Below, piece by piece: positions 51,711 through 64,000 of a stretch of DNA of 64,000 nucleotides. Below the pieces are notes generated by a model that made no database searches, was not told where the DNA came from, and worked only from the letters and a program-made list of their open reading frames with translations. Origin of the DNA: Bigelowiella natans CCMP2755. Its lineage: Eukaryota > Protista > Cercozoa. The position numbers were made by a program, and so were the translations under genes. Location of the stretch: positions 22,441-86,440 of the forward strand of contig ADNK01000826.1 in the NCBI GenBank assembly GCA_000320545.1, read 5' to 3'. How positions within the stretch are numbered: the stretch's first letter is position 1; every line of letters starts with the position of its first letter.

Positions 51711-53713
51711 ATGGCGTTCGGTGAGAGGAAGGAAAGGATGCCCGCTGTAAATGTTTGTCTTTGACTCCTTCTGTGTGATGTCTTGTGTATAGATCGTGCC
51801 TCGATACTTTACTTTGGTACGCTCCTTAGCGTTACTGCTTTGACATTCTACGCCGTACCTCCTGTCGACCAGGTAGCAGCAGATGACGTGTCACAGAAGG
51901 CAGCCATCGGCAGTTTTGTGTAAAGAGAACCAATCAACTCTTATGACAAGCAATTAAATTACTTTAGGAAGAGTGCAAGGAAATGACCCTGAAGAGATTC
52001 CTGACAGCAGCATTCAACCTCAATCTCAAGGTGGTTGGATGGACTGTTGAGCATGTGTCTGTCGATGTTCTTCTCACTGTCATAAGTACATGTTCACTAG
52101 CACACCGTTTTGATTCGAGATTTCACGATAGATGAATTTTTAAATATCGATCTGCAACATGGATGAGAAAACGTGAGCCAACACCGTAGATGTTTGTCTT
52201 AGGGTCTTGCAGGCAATCTATTGGAATGTGGAGAAGCATATAAATCGCAGCACCCCTTCTCTGCTATAGCCCTTTACAGTGTGTTTTACACCGCGTTCTT
52301 AGCAGCGTCCATACCAGGTATTTCAAGCATACATGCCTGTGTCGTACTTTTTCATGTTCCTCTTTTTCGTCATCTTAAACGGCCGTGCTGCTATGCTAAT
52401 ATTAGGGTGTACAACCATCATGAGCATCTTAGCGGGGGCAATGTACCCACCTCCCATCGCCATTCTATTGATTACTATAAACTCCAGCTTCGGAGGGTGC
52501 GTATACATTGCTTCGATGGAAACTTGTGAATATGTTAAAGATTGATTTAGACATACGTCTCCTGCTTGGATTATTCGCGATTTCGTTTATTTATTCGCTT
52601 GAGAGCTTCTTCATCCTCCCGATCTTTATTCATCACCTCCACAAGAAGATTGCACGTCTCCTCCCACCTTGCTTACACCACTTAATGCTACACCTATTAG
52701 CACTTGTGCGTATCTTCTGAGTCATCTGATGCTGCGGGAGACACTAATCACGAGATTTCCTACTTTGTTTACCAAGCTGAGTAAGTGGCGGAGGGACCGT
52801 AGAGAAAAAAGCACTCGTTACACGCTAATGCCTCTCATCATTCTAGCGTTGCTCGTTTATCCTTTCCCTCCCTCCCTCCTCTCCTCTTTTTTCCTTTATT
52901 TCCACACACCGCCTTGCCTCATGCCCTCCTCCTCCTCCTCCTCCCCCTCTTCCACAGGAAAAGCTGTTAAGTCTTTTGGATCGAACATTTGGTTTGCAAT
53001 GATATTTCTGCGAGTGACGCCGTTAATGCCGAATTGGTTTGTGAGTCTCGGAGCGCCACTGGTAGGTGGTGGTGGTGGTGGTGGTGGTAGCAGTAGCAGT
53101 AGCAGCAGCAGTAGTAGTAGTAGTAGTAGTAGCACGGTACTAGAGAAAAAGAGAAAGGAGGGGGGGGGGGGGGGGGGGAGAGAGAGAGAGTATTCCAATA
53201 AAAAACAATAATAGTAGCAGCACTAGTAGCACCAGTAGTAGTGATAGTAGTAGTGGTAGTAGTAGTAGAAGTGGTAGTGGTGGCAGTAGTTCATACTCTA
53301 GCATAATTAATACTATAGTTATAAGCACTCATATATATATATATATATATGTAACACCTTAATCAGACGGCTACCTTTGCTATTGCTTGTTTTTCAGATC
53401 GACATGCCCTTACACGTCTTCTTCTTTGGAGGGATGATTGGTGAGAAGAGAAGAAGAAGAAGAAGAACAACAACAACAACAAAATGGATAAATAAAATGA
53501 CAGAAGGCTCAATGAAGAGTCTCCTGATTCTTCGGATCATCTTCACCATCATCATAATTTTCATTTGCTTATATCGTCGTTGTACTGAATACCACCAAAA
53601 GGTTTTATTCCATCTGGTATTTTCCACTGTTTGAACGGAAGAGCTTTGAAAAACCTCGTGAATGAGTCAGGTGTGCTTTATGTGTGTGCATAGTAAAAGT
53701 AATAATCATCATT

Positions 53714-53746
<33 letters not shown>

Positions 53747-54062
53747 GCTACTATAACCACCGCCATCAATCATGGGATCTTTATGTCTCTATTGATACTT
53801 GCACGCACCAAAACTAGTCCAAGCTAGATGCGACCATTACAGAAGTATTCCCAATATCTTCATAAAGAGCCATTCTGAGCTTTCATCTAGTCTTCTTGTT
53901 TTGTTCTCAAAATTAATCCCCCCCCCCTCCTCATTTTTTTGCTCAGGTGTTGACCCTCTGACCTCTTTTCTCACCCTCTTTGGGCTTCAATTTCCTCCGT
54001 TGTTGCTAATGTGGTTGTTCGGAAAGCGCAAGGCGCAGGAGATTGAGAAAGAGATTGAGTAA
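51711..54062 (+). CDS. TMEM41: VTT/DedA (SNARE-associated) family membrane protein, TMEM41-like lipid scramblase
   Basis: AASIPG|CTTIMSILAGAMY, CAYLLS, IFLRVTPLMPNWFVSLGAPL|IDMPLHVFFFG motifs. Confidence 0.8.
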
Positions 54063-54606
54063 TAGATCACGAGAATAATAAGGATCGACAAGGATGCCAT
54101 ATCTTACAATTAATAATTAGTATTTATATATGTCGTCGATGTGACAAGTTGCATATAATGTTTTAATTGTGACAAAGTCATGATGTTTGAATAACGCCCA
54201 CGCTGAACTATTTGCAGAAATGAGGAGAAAAACGGCTCGACAGGAGATGCTGCAGCAGGAACAAAGAAAGACAATTAAACTACAATCGATTTCAAGCATC
54301 TTCATCATCACCGCTGTCGCTATCATCTTCGTACAAGAGACAGCAGATCATTTACGTCGGCATCTGGTTATCGTTGCCCTACTAGTGAGCGTCATGTTTA
54401 CAATTGACCAAAGTCATGAGGTAGAATATATGAATAATGCTGTCTAAATTATAGAAGTTGCTTGAGTATGCTAGAGAGGCTAGTGGCGCGTGGTATGCTG
54501 ATCTTCGCCACCGCCTTGTTTGCGCTCTATCATCGACTGGCATGCATTCTTCCTAGGTTTATTAACATAGTAACAAGGCTGGTCGAATACGGCGCATATA
54601 TACTAT

Positions 54607-54645
<39 letters not shown>

Positions 54646-55208
54646 ACGTACACAACACGACAAAGTATTTCGTACATGTATTTACCTATTGAGTTGCATG
54701 CCTAGAGGTGGGCTAGAGGATGGCTAGTAGCGCACATGTAACAAATAATAACGATGCATTTTGCAGTGCATAGCGCAACAAGCGAATCGAATAAGAGCGC
54801 GCTCATCATTAGCAATTAACGTACGTTCTAGGCTATGCGTGCTATGCACATGCGTTTGCGTAGAATTCCATGTGTTTGCATCGTACGCCCAGACGTGCAG
54901 GCATACAGATCAAGCGATAATGCAGCTAGAGCACGCGTTAAGTTGATTCTGAATTCAATGTGTGGATTGGCGCTGTAGCTAATCGATAATCGCAGCTCAA
55001 CGTTTGCCTTCCAAAAACTCAGCCTTGATTGAATCACGTACCTCCCTCATAGTCTTGAACTGATAGATGTGTACAAATTATACGTGCGTGCGCGTGCGCG
55101 TGTGTGTGTGTGTGTGTGTGTGTGCGTGCGTGCGTTGCATGTGGGCATGTGTGTGCGTGTAATTAGGTTGAATGGGATGGTTCAAGACTCGAATAGGTAA
55201 CACAAAGA

Positions 55209-55610
55209 CTAGTAGCAGTCTTGTGGTTTATGTACCCCTCTAAGGCCATAAGGAGATTCAGGGTGTACTGGCTCATCGTCAGAGAATCTGTTTATCAATG
55301 CCACGGTCAGGAATTAGATAGCCTCATTAAGACGGTCCTTGTTACTTCTCTTCCTCTACACATCGCTCTCCTATCATTCAGATGAAGTAGTACGTTGTAT
55401 TGGATTCTACGAAGAGTATCTGGTTCAATTTGGTGGCTTTGGTCTTGTAGCTCTATGTGATTATTCATCGGGGGGGTAGGGGTTGAGAATAATGCAGCAG
55501 TAAAGAAGAAGACTCGCAGCTATCATTTTGGTTGTTTTCTATCAATCTTACGAGAAGGGGGAAAAAATCTCGGTCAACCCAGCCCCCCCCCCCCCCCCTC
55601 GCCCCCATCC

Positions 55611-55649
<39 letters not shown>

Positions 55650-56166
55650 TTCCAACCTTCCAATATTTCTCCTTCGGATCAGTGTAGTGATATTCTCCTT
55701 TGTATGCGGTGCGGTCTCTGCAACACAATGGTTACGTTACATGCGCAATACACACACAATAGAATCAACAACAACTCTATCAATGTTGTGCGTTTGCTGT
55801 GAAGAATAACAAGACTCACATTCGAAAATCTGCGAACATCTTTTCCAATTTACGGCAAAACTTCTCTCGATGCTGTGCGGTGATTTCGCCCTCCTAAGTA
55901 GTGAGAAGTGTTTAGAGGAGAAGGCAAACAGTGAATATGCGACACACACACACACACACACACACAAACGCACACACACATATACATACACACAAGGAAT
56001 CGGTAAAGACAATTTTATATGGCCAATTCTATAATTCCCCAAAAGACGATCTCTTTCAGGAATTGCTGGGTTAGTGTGATGATGATGGTGAAGTGTACAC
56101 CTTAAAAACGTCTTGAAGGATATTGAGATTCGCTACAAAGGGGGTAGGGAGTGACGGTAGAGAGAA

Positions 56167-56212
<46 letters not shown>

Positions 56213-57112
56213 GTATCAATCAGTAGGTTGCGTCTCATTTGATCATATTAATACAATACCATCATCAAGCTCTATATATGTATAGCGCATGCATCTGAAC
56301 ATCCATCATATGTGTTGTGTTGGTTACTTGTGTATGGAGCATCTGTTTTCCTATCAAACACTGTTTCGTTGCCCTGAGGATTGTAGTCACATCGTCGCAA
56401 AATGACTAAATATAATACTAACAACATTGTTCGAACATCACAAACGATGACGGCTGCAACGAAGCAATACTTTGAAATATCTGACGGTGTAGTTTAACAT
56501 CGAAGTTTCCTCGATCTGAACAGCATACACACACGTAAGATGCTGAGGTCATCATTCAAATCACTATCAATCGGTATATCTCACGTTGCTTTGGGAGAAG
56601 CAGTACCTGTATGTTATCGTATGGAAGAGATGACAACGACGAATTGCCAGCGCTATGATGGCCATCACCGCCGTGCTCCGCCATCTTTTTATAAATGATA
56701 TCTTGATCATCATCATTCTCATACATATGTAAGAATGTAGTAGCATATTAGGGTATCATCATCCACAAAGGCCAACCTCTTGACGAAGACCTGGACGGGT
56801 CGTTGGCACGATCTTCCGTATTCTACACGGGGGGGAGGGAGAGGGAGAGGATGAGGCTGCTGCTGTACACTCTCCTCCTCAAAATAGCAAGCAACTTACT
56901 TGTGATTTGATACATCAGCGACGTATATAGCCGAGTCGTCCATTGCCACGCAGAGGCCATCAGGACATGAGAAACGTGCGTGCGAACCGACCCCATCAAC
57001 GTCTCCGTTTTCAAAGGAGAGGCCCTCGCATCCAGCCTGCAGAGGAGCATATTTGTGAGATGAGGAAGATCGATCGATGCGATTTGGCGGGAATTGTTGA
57101 CTTACAACGTTT

Positions 57113-57146
<34 letters not shown>

Positions 57147-57778
57147 CATATTACACATATTGACCAAAGTCGTGACTTCCCCTCCCGCTGAAATCCGACG
57201 AATTCGCTGGTTTCCTAGCAGAATATCGAAGTAACGTGCGTGTGCGTGTGTGTGTGTGTGCGTGTGAGTGTTTGTGTGTGGGCTATCATCATCAGCATGC
57301 ACCAGCATTCGTTGTGTGTTATATCATCATCTTGGTTGCCATTGTCGTAGTCAGGTATTTGAGCTCTTCCTCTCCTGCCCCTCTTCCACGATCGCGTGGA
57401 AGTGGGTCAATTACCACCAGGAGATATATTATTAACATCGTTCTTCTGCAGCAGGGCAATTGCTACTAAGACACTATTCACCAGAATCGCTGATGGTCAG
57501 GGATCCATCCCTGTTCAAAAGGCATTGGTCACGCTACATATCTCATTACGCATCCTCTCCATTACTACCTGTGGAAGCTTAGGCCCTTAGGTTCCATGAA
57601 CATCGCCGTCCTTTTCATGTACACAGCAGCAGCAGCGAGAAATGGCAGGGAAAATGATGGTGACGATGATGTGATAACGGCGATGATGATGATGATGATG
57701 ATGATGATGTAGCACATTCTATTAAAGTAAGCAGCGAGAAATGGTGTAAGTAGTCTCTGGCACGCCAAAGCATGGTTT

Positions 57779-57812
<34 letters not shown>

Positions 57813-58762
57813 GCTACTACTACTACTACTGCTACTACTTTCGATGTCCGTCGTTGAACCCACAGAACAAGTTGCCGCAATACGTGCGAGCATATGAGAG
57901 CTCCCTCCCCAAATGAGCTTCCATACTCTTCAGTAGTCATGGGAGGGAGGAGTCGGCGTCAATCAGGATAGCGATGTTTGTTGTTGTTGTTGTTGTTGTT
58001 GTTATTAGATAAGAAGAGGACAAAAAGAACGAAGAATGAGAATAATAATAAGAAAAAACACACGCATCTTACCCTTAACCGATCTCTCTTATAAACTGAA
58101 AACTTCTCCAAACGGCTCGGAGAGATCGCGTATCCTTTCGTCACCTGAGGAAGGGGGAGGGGCGGGGAAGGGGGGGGGGGGGGGGGGTTGAGCAACAACA
58201 CTATAACCTTTGAACGGCAGTAGTAGTGATAGTAGTAGTAGTAGGAGTTACGCTGGGAGGAGGCACCTTTCGGATCATATTTCCAAGGGAGTTGTCAACG
58301 TGCTCATTGTGCTTGTTTGCATCTGCAATATACAGGTCCCCTTTCCACTGTTGAGGGAGGGGAGAACGTGCGGAGAAATGTCCAACAAAGCATAGAGTCA
58401 AAAAGGCTCTCACGTAGTAGTTTAGGCCAAATCCCCGATGATTTTTGTTCAACATCTCAGGCGAAAGCGATCAGTATTTGCGTATAATATTAAAATGTAA
58501 ACTTGGATATTAATAATAAGTATTATAATAATGATACTAGTAATAGTAATAACACCGGATGGACTTGAAGACCGAGAGGAAAATCGAATGTAGCTTCTCT
58601 TGCCTAACATATCCAACAGCAGCGTGAAAATCAGGTAATAAAATCTCCGATATCTATCACTCTCACGTGGTCGTTCTCTGCATCGCTCTTAGCAATGACT
58701 GGCGTCGATTATGGAATATACCGTGCAATCATATATATACTGCCCCTCTTCTTCTTTTTTAT

Positions 58763-58798
<36 letters not shown>

Positions 58799-58903
58799 AT
58801 ACCAATCCATCGTTATGGCATCGAGCAGCCACGCCTCTGTTATACCCACTCCCTGCTATTGTTTCGACCTATTATAACGCACACACACGCACACACGCAC
58901 ACA

Positions 58904-58935
<32 letters not shown>

Positions 58936-59338
58936 CACACACACAAAGGCATGCAACACACAGAGATTAGAGTGAGAGTGAAAGGAGATACGAGCGTTTT
59001 TATTCGTATGCGTCTGAAAAAACAGCGTGGTGATAGCAAAGACATGATAAAGGAATTGCACATAGTAGATCGTAGATAGTTGTAGTAATAGTCGTGGTAG
59101 CAGAAGATGATAGTACCGTTCTCTGATCGATACAATCGTCAAAAACCTCCGTAACTTTAACGAAGTCGAAGTAGCTCAACTGCCAAGACAAACATACCAA
59201 CAATACTTATAACAAGCAGGCAGTAGCAGCAGTAACAGCGCTTACACCCCCCCCCCCCCCCCCTCCCCCCTCTCTCTCACACACAAAAAATCTACCCATT
59301 ATCAAAGACATGGCTATTACTACAAGACCAGTTGCTGC

Positions 59339-59369
<31 letters not shown>

Positions 59370-59483
59370 TTACTACTATCTGCAATCTACTGATAAGCAG
59401 TCATCATCATTATCACATCTCACCTGGAAGTTGTAATTTGAAAGAACTATAGTCGCACGTTTCGACCTAATATATGAATTGAT

Positions 59484-59519
<36 letters not shown>

Positions 59520-59569
59520 TGTGTGTGTGTGTGTGTGTGTGTCGATGCAGGCTCATGCACGGATGTGAG

Positions 59570-59640
<71 letters not shown>

Positions 59641-60791
59641 GGAGAGAGAGGAGGCAAGAGGATTATTGGACATGCAAAGCAAAATAGCTCAGACAATCTG
59701 TGGAAAATCATTCCTACATTGCAACGAATCGGCCACTTATCGAGTGCCATCTGTCCACTTTCTGCAAAGATGACGATTGTAAGAAAAACGAGAAGGACAA
59801 TAAACAACACCCTGTTTGAAGATATACACTCTATAACCACACAACACGAGAATGGTGAATAAGCAAGGGAATAGGCACGAGGCTGACATTATATCTGACA
59901 AAGCAGCAGCATGCTGCAGGAGGGTATTATCACCTTTGGAAATAATTCCATCAACGGCTCTGTAACAAACACGTAAGGAGCAAGTTGATGAAAATGACGA
60001 CGATGGTGGTGATAGCAGTATTCAATGATGTTGTCATATCAACGGCAAAATAACCTAAGTTTCCTACCTGTCTTCTCCCTGAAGTCGAAGTAATCGTCGG
60101 TCACGTAGACGCACGCCTGATTAATCCATTTGACGAGCGTTGATGTATCAATATCGATCATGCAATGTACGGCGACCTCTCGATTGGAGAGGCAAACACA
60201 CACACACACACACATGCGCATGATAACTAGCAAAACAGCAGCGGATTCATCAACACCTTTCTCAAAGCAACGTCCTCTGGAAATAATAGATCAGCGCCCT
60301 GAAGCTGCAACCACCGCCATTATTAGACAAACGAATAGCAGCACTCAGGATTTCAACAAAAATCAGAGTAGCGCAAGGAAGGGAGCAAACAGTAGTCGTA
60401 CCTCTGAGTACTGCGGATCGACTGCTCTCGTTTGGTACATGCCAACTTTCACCTGGAAAATCAATCATTTCCCCCTTTTTTTTTGCGTCTTTTTTTCATT
60501 TGCTGCCGCAACGCCCTTCTTCTTCTTCTTCTTCTTCTTCTTCTTCTTCTCTCTTCGTTACTTCTTACGTGACGGGTGATGTTAATAAGAGAGACTGCTT
60601 GCTGACCTCATACTCTGCCCCGGGTATGGTCTCGAACGTTTGGTATAATGCTCCTAAGGAGCTGGACTTGTTGCTACATACATTCACCACGACGATAGAG
60701 GGGAGGGGGAGGGAGGAGATACGACGGCTCAGCGATAAACCCAATCAAATCATCATTGCATTTCTTCCTTCATTCATTTCTCGCATGAATA

Positions 60792-60831
<40 letters not shown>

Positions 60832-63118
60832 TCGTAGTCTCGCCTTTCCTTTTTTTCACCTCCTACAAACAGTTAGTAGTAGTAGAGTGGTGGTAGTTTG
60901 TGGTAGTACCAAACAACATCCCCGTACTTGTCCCGGGCTTGGAGATGGAGGTACCTTGATCGCGACGATGGCAGCGGGTCGATAGAATAAACAGAAACAA
61001 GAAGCAGCAGCATTAAGAAAAAAAGACATTTTGTTGTGGGAGAGGAAAGACCCTCATAGAGAAGTCATCTTGTAAGAAAGACTCGCAAAGATCCCCGCCT
61101 CTCAGCGGGAAGATTTGCCTCCTAGCGTGGTCAGTGATATTGCTACTAGTTCTCTATCTATACGATGAAGTCATATCGGTGATTAAACGAAGATCCATGG
61201 CAGATATAGCGTGCTCCGGTGTCACCTCTACTCCTCCCCCATTAACTACATCATTAGCTATTGATTCGAGTATTGATGTGTATGGTGCTACTACTACTAC
61301 TACTAATGTCTTAACCTCCCTTCATTGACAACCCAAAGCTCCTCGCCATCGTTAGCTGTCCCCAAACAGAATTCATCACTTTTTATCTTGGGATCGACTT
61401 CCACTCTGTAGTATTAGTAGTAATAGGCATGTAGCAGTAAGTTGGTATTGGTGGTGGTGGTTGGTGCTCATATCAGAAGATAGTAGCGCATGGCAATGAT
61501 GGTGATGGTGATGATGATGACAACGGCGACGATGATGATCATGTTAGGAGGAAGTTACAGCTGTTAGATTCCCTCTCTCTCTCTCTCTCTATCTCTCTCT
61601 CCCCCCCCCTCTCTCTCTGTGTGTATCTTTTTTTGAGGAATTTGTTTTATTATCCTCCCCCTCCCCCTCCTCCTCCTCTTCCTCATCCTCATCATTATTA
61701 TCATCATCATCTGCTATTCTATACATTTTCCCATCAATAAGCCTTCTGGGAATCAGTCCGTCGTTGGGTCGCACAGGTGGCCTGTCATTAGCAGAGAAGG
61801 TAGAGTAAGGAGGCTGCTCAACGACGATGTTTTATTGTCATCCTCCTATTATTTACTGCTCCCTTTTCCCTTTGGCCTGGCCTCTTTTCTGCATAGTAAT
61901 TGATATATCTGCTACTGGGCTGATCTTACGGGTAGTCTATTGGCAACTCGATGCTCGATTGAATCTCCTCAGGTGTACTGTATTTCTTCGCCGAGGGGTT
62001 ACTGTACATGGAGGACTAAACCCCAGAGTCAGAGCAAGGGCGAGGGAGGGGGGGGGGGGGGATATTAGCGGGAGATTTATCTTTGACGTTCAGCATGCTT
62101 GGGAAGCGTTAGTGTGAGTCTTCTTCCTGATGCCAGTATCATTACCAGGTTCATAAGGATTGATCCGTCCTGCTGAAAGCTACTCCGTGATATCGGAAGA
62201 TCTGTATCTGATTTTGTGCGAAGAGGAAACACAACGCAAGGAGTGCCTGTGAGCGCTGGTGACACTGCAGCTGCCATGACAACCCTTAAAATTCACTTCT
62301 TGGTCGTCTCATAATTATGGTCTCGTATGATTCTAATCGCGATCTATCTGACGTATCTGTGACGACAACGACGGCTGAGTAACGAGATTTTATTTGCGAA
62401 AATGACCAGGTTGTGCTCCATTTTGTAGGTTTCTTATGATTCGGACTAATTGAAGAAGGAGAAGGAGGAGGAGGAGATCATTTGTGGGTGAGAAAGGACG
62501 ATTTATCAACCGCCAGCAAGAACGGCTGACAATGCGCTGATCGTAGCTACAATGCGTGCTGTCTACCTCTCATTCTCTCCTTCGCTTGCTGCATGGTCTC
62601 ATAAAACTTCTTTGGATTTATCTTCCCCACCTGTCAAGATGATGTGTATTCTTATTATCATTATCAATACTATTATTATTATTATTATTAACATTGCAGC
62701 GCAGCCATGTCGCTGTTAGTTGAACGGTGGCGGAGAGACGACCACAACAGCACCGAGGGGGAGGAGGAAGAGGGCGTTACCTTTGGCCTTTTATATCTTG
62801 CTCTTTCCGGTATTAGATACGCATCGAAGTGGTCTTCCGATAACATAACGACTACATTCCTCCTCCTACCATGCAATCACAACACAGATGATGATGATGA
62901 TGATGATGATGATGCGGTGTGTACCGACTATGACAGACAAGACAGCGATCCTGCTGCTTCTAGTTGTAATCCGTGAATAGGCTATTCAGAATGAAAGATG
63001 ATGATGATGATGATGATAATCATTCATCGCTGCTGCTGTGGTGGGGAGACAAAATATATGAACCCTCGAAAATTCTTTTTCCTCCAGAGGAACGGAAATC
63101 CAGCAGGTCTCCTAATTG

Positions 63119-63160
<42 letters not shown>

Positions 63161-63515
63161 CGGTATGAGCCTGCTTTATGCCGTCATCATGCTCTTTCTT
63201 TGGAGATTGAACGGGCTTATGATGATTCGAGCTGCTACTGCGTTTGACTATGAGTGATTGTGGACTATCGTTATTAATTCTCGTCGCTATCATCATCATC
63301 ATCATCATCGTCATCATCATCATCATCATCGTGGCCATGCACTCGTTCGTCGTCGACCTTCGGAGCGTTGAAAAAGGACAATGCAGCAAGAAGATATCAG
63401 CCATCAAGGCAATAGAGTCATCATCAATCAACAACATCAAACATACCAGTGAGCAGGAACAATGGCCGCATCGTTCATGAATCCTTTGGAGGGGCACACC
63501 ACACACACACACACA

Positions 63516-63557
<42 letters not shown>

Positions 63558-63825
63558 ATACAGATACAGCTTAAAAACAGTTTTATTGAGAAAAATCTTT
63601 TGTTTTGGACTACTGGAATATCACGATATGTGCGTGGATGTGTGAATGATCGTAAACGATGAGCGAGAAACATGTCATCAAATCGGTGATGAACAAGAAG
63701 TTGTCTGTCCTCACCATTGAGCAGCGTAGACTTTCGCCTTGAAGGCATGATCTTCCGTATACGCCCCGAGCCAGAATCTAGTACTATTAGCTTTCCCTCA
63801 CCTTGGGCAAGCACCTTCGTCTGAT
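55209..63825 (-). CDS. Large multi-exon NHL-repeat protein, 5'-incomplete (could be more than one gene; 3' end uncertain)
   Basis: NHL motifs LIVLDSGSGRIRKI, GDLYIADAN...NMIRK, AMFMEPKGL, GNQRIRRISAGGEVTTL|AG, DGVGSHARFSCPDGLCV...IYVADVSNHK|IRKI; filamin-like HLQARDKYG fragment near 60925-60950. Confidence 0.65.
58878..58945. repeat. Mixed (CA)n/(GCAC)n microsatellite, intronic
   Basis: Direct observation. Confidence 0.85.
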
Positions 63826-64000
63826 GCGAGGAGGAGGGGGGGGGGGGGGGGGGGGGAGGGGTATAAAAAAGGTTTGGGGGGGGGGGGGTAAAGAGCCTTA
63901 ATTTTTTTAAGGGGGGGGGGCCCCGGGGTTTAATGGGGGAAAAAAAAAATTTACGCGCAGGGTTTTTAAAAAGAAACCCCTTTTTAAAAAGGATTGGGGG

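Noticed and set aside
63830-64000. Runs of G, A, T and C homopolymers that look like a telomere or G-quadruplex array
   Set aside because: No repeating unit; the pattern is typical of a low-quality read or contig end
1-64000. CRISPR array, rRNA, tRNA, intact transposase/RT, or provirophage/giant-virus insert
   Set aside because: No repeat-spacer periodicity, recognisable RNA-gene sequence, or AT-rich intronless viral-type gene block seen by eye; a covariance-model scan was not possible

Overview
Gene-dense, intron-rich eukaryotic nuclear DNA (GT-AG introns, many microsatellites). Several proteins carry signal-peptide + transit-peptide leaders and one is a green-lineage PPD3, which points to a chlorarachniophyte-like alga with a secondary green plastid (inference; no database search was run). 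I can support about 16 protein-coding loci: a saposin-like protein, CDK5RAP3/C53, a plastid NAD(P)-binding SDR, two PPR proteins, a nucleotide-sugar transporter, PPD3, sterol C24-methyltransferase, a ubinuclein/Hpc2-like protein, an RRM protein, a DnaJ-thioredoxin membrane protein, a lumenal LTO1-type thioredoxin, a CD36-family protein, an EF-hand/U-box/2xWWE protein, TMEM41 and an NHL-repeat protein. Main observations: (1) dead or intergenic DNA has lost almost all TpA except inside CTAG, suggesting a context-specific TpA->TpG/CpA mutational process on silent DNA; (2) genes alternate strand almost perfectly, and the one gap is filled by an internally deleted synapsin-like pseudogene; (3) a cluster of perfect hairpins lies at the window start; (4) a U-box + tandem WWE ligase architecture. 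No rRNA, tRNA or CRISPR array was seen. Exon boundaries were inferred by hand and are approximate. The last ~170 nt look like low-quality sequence.
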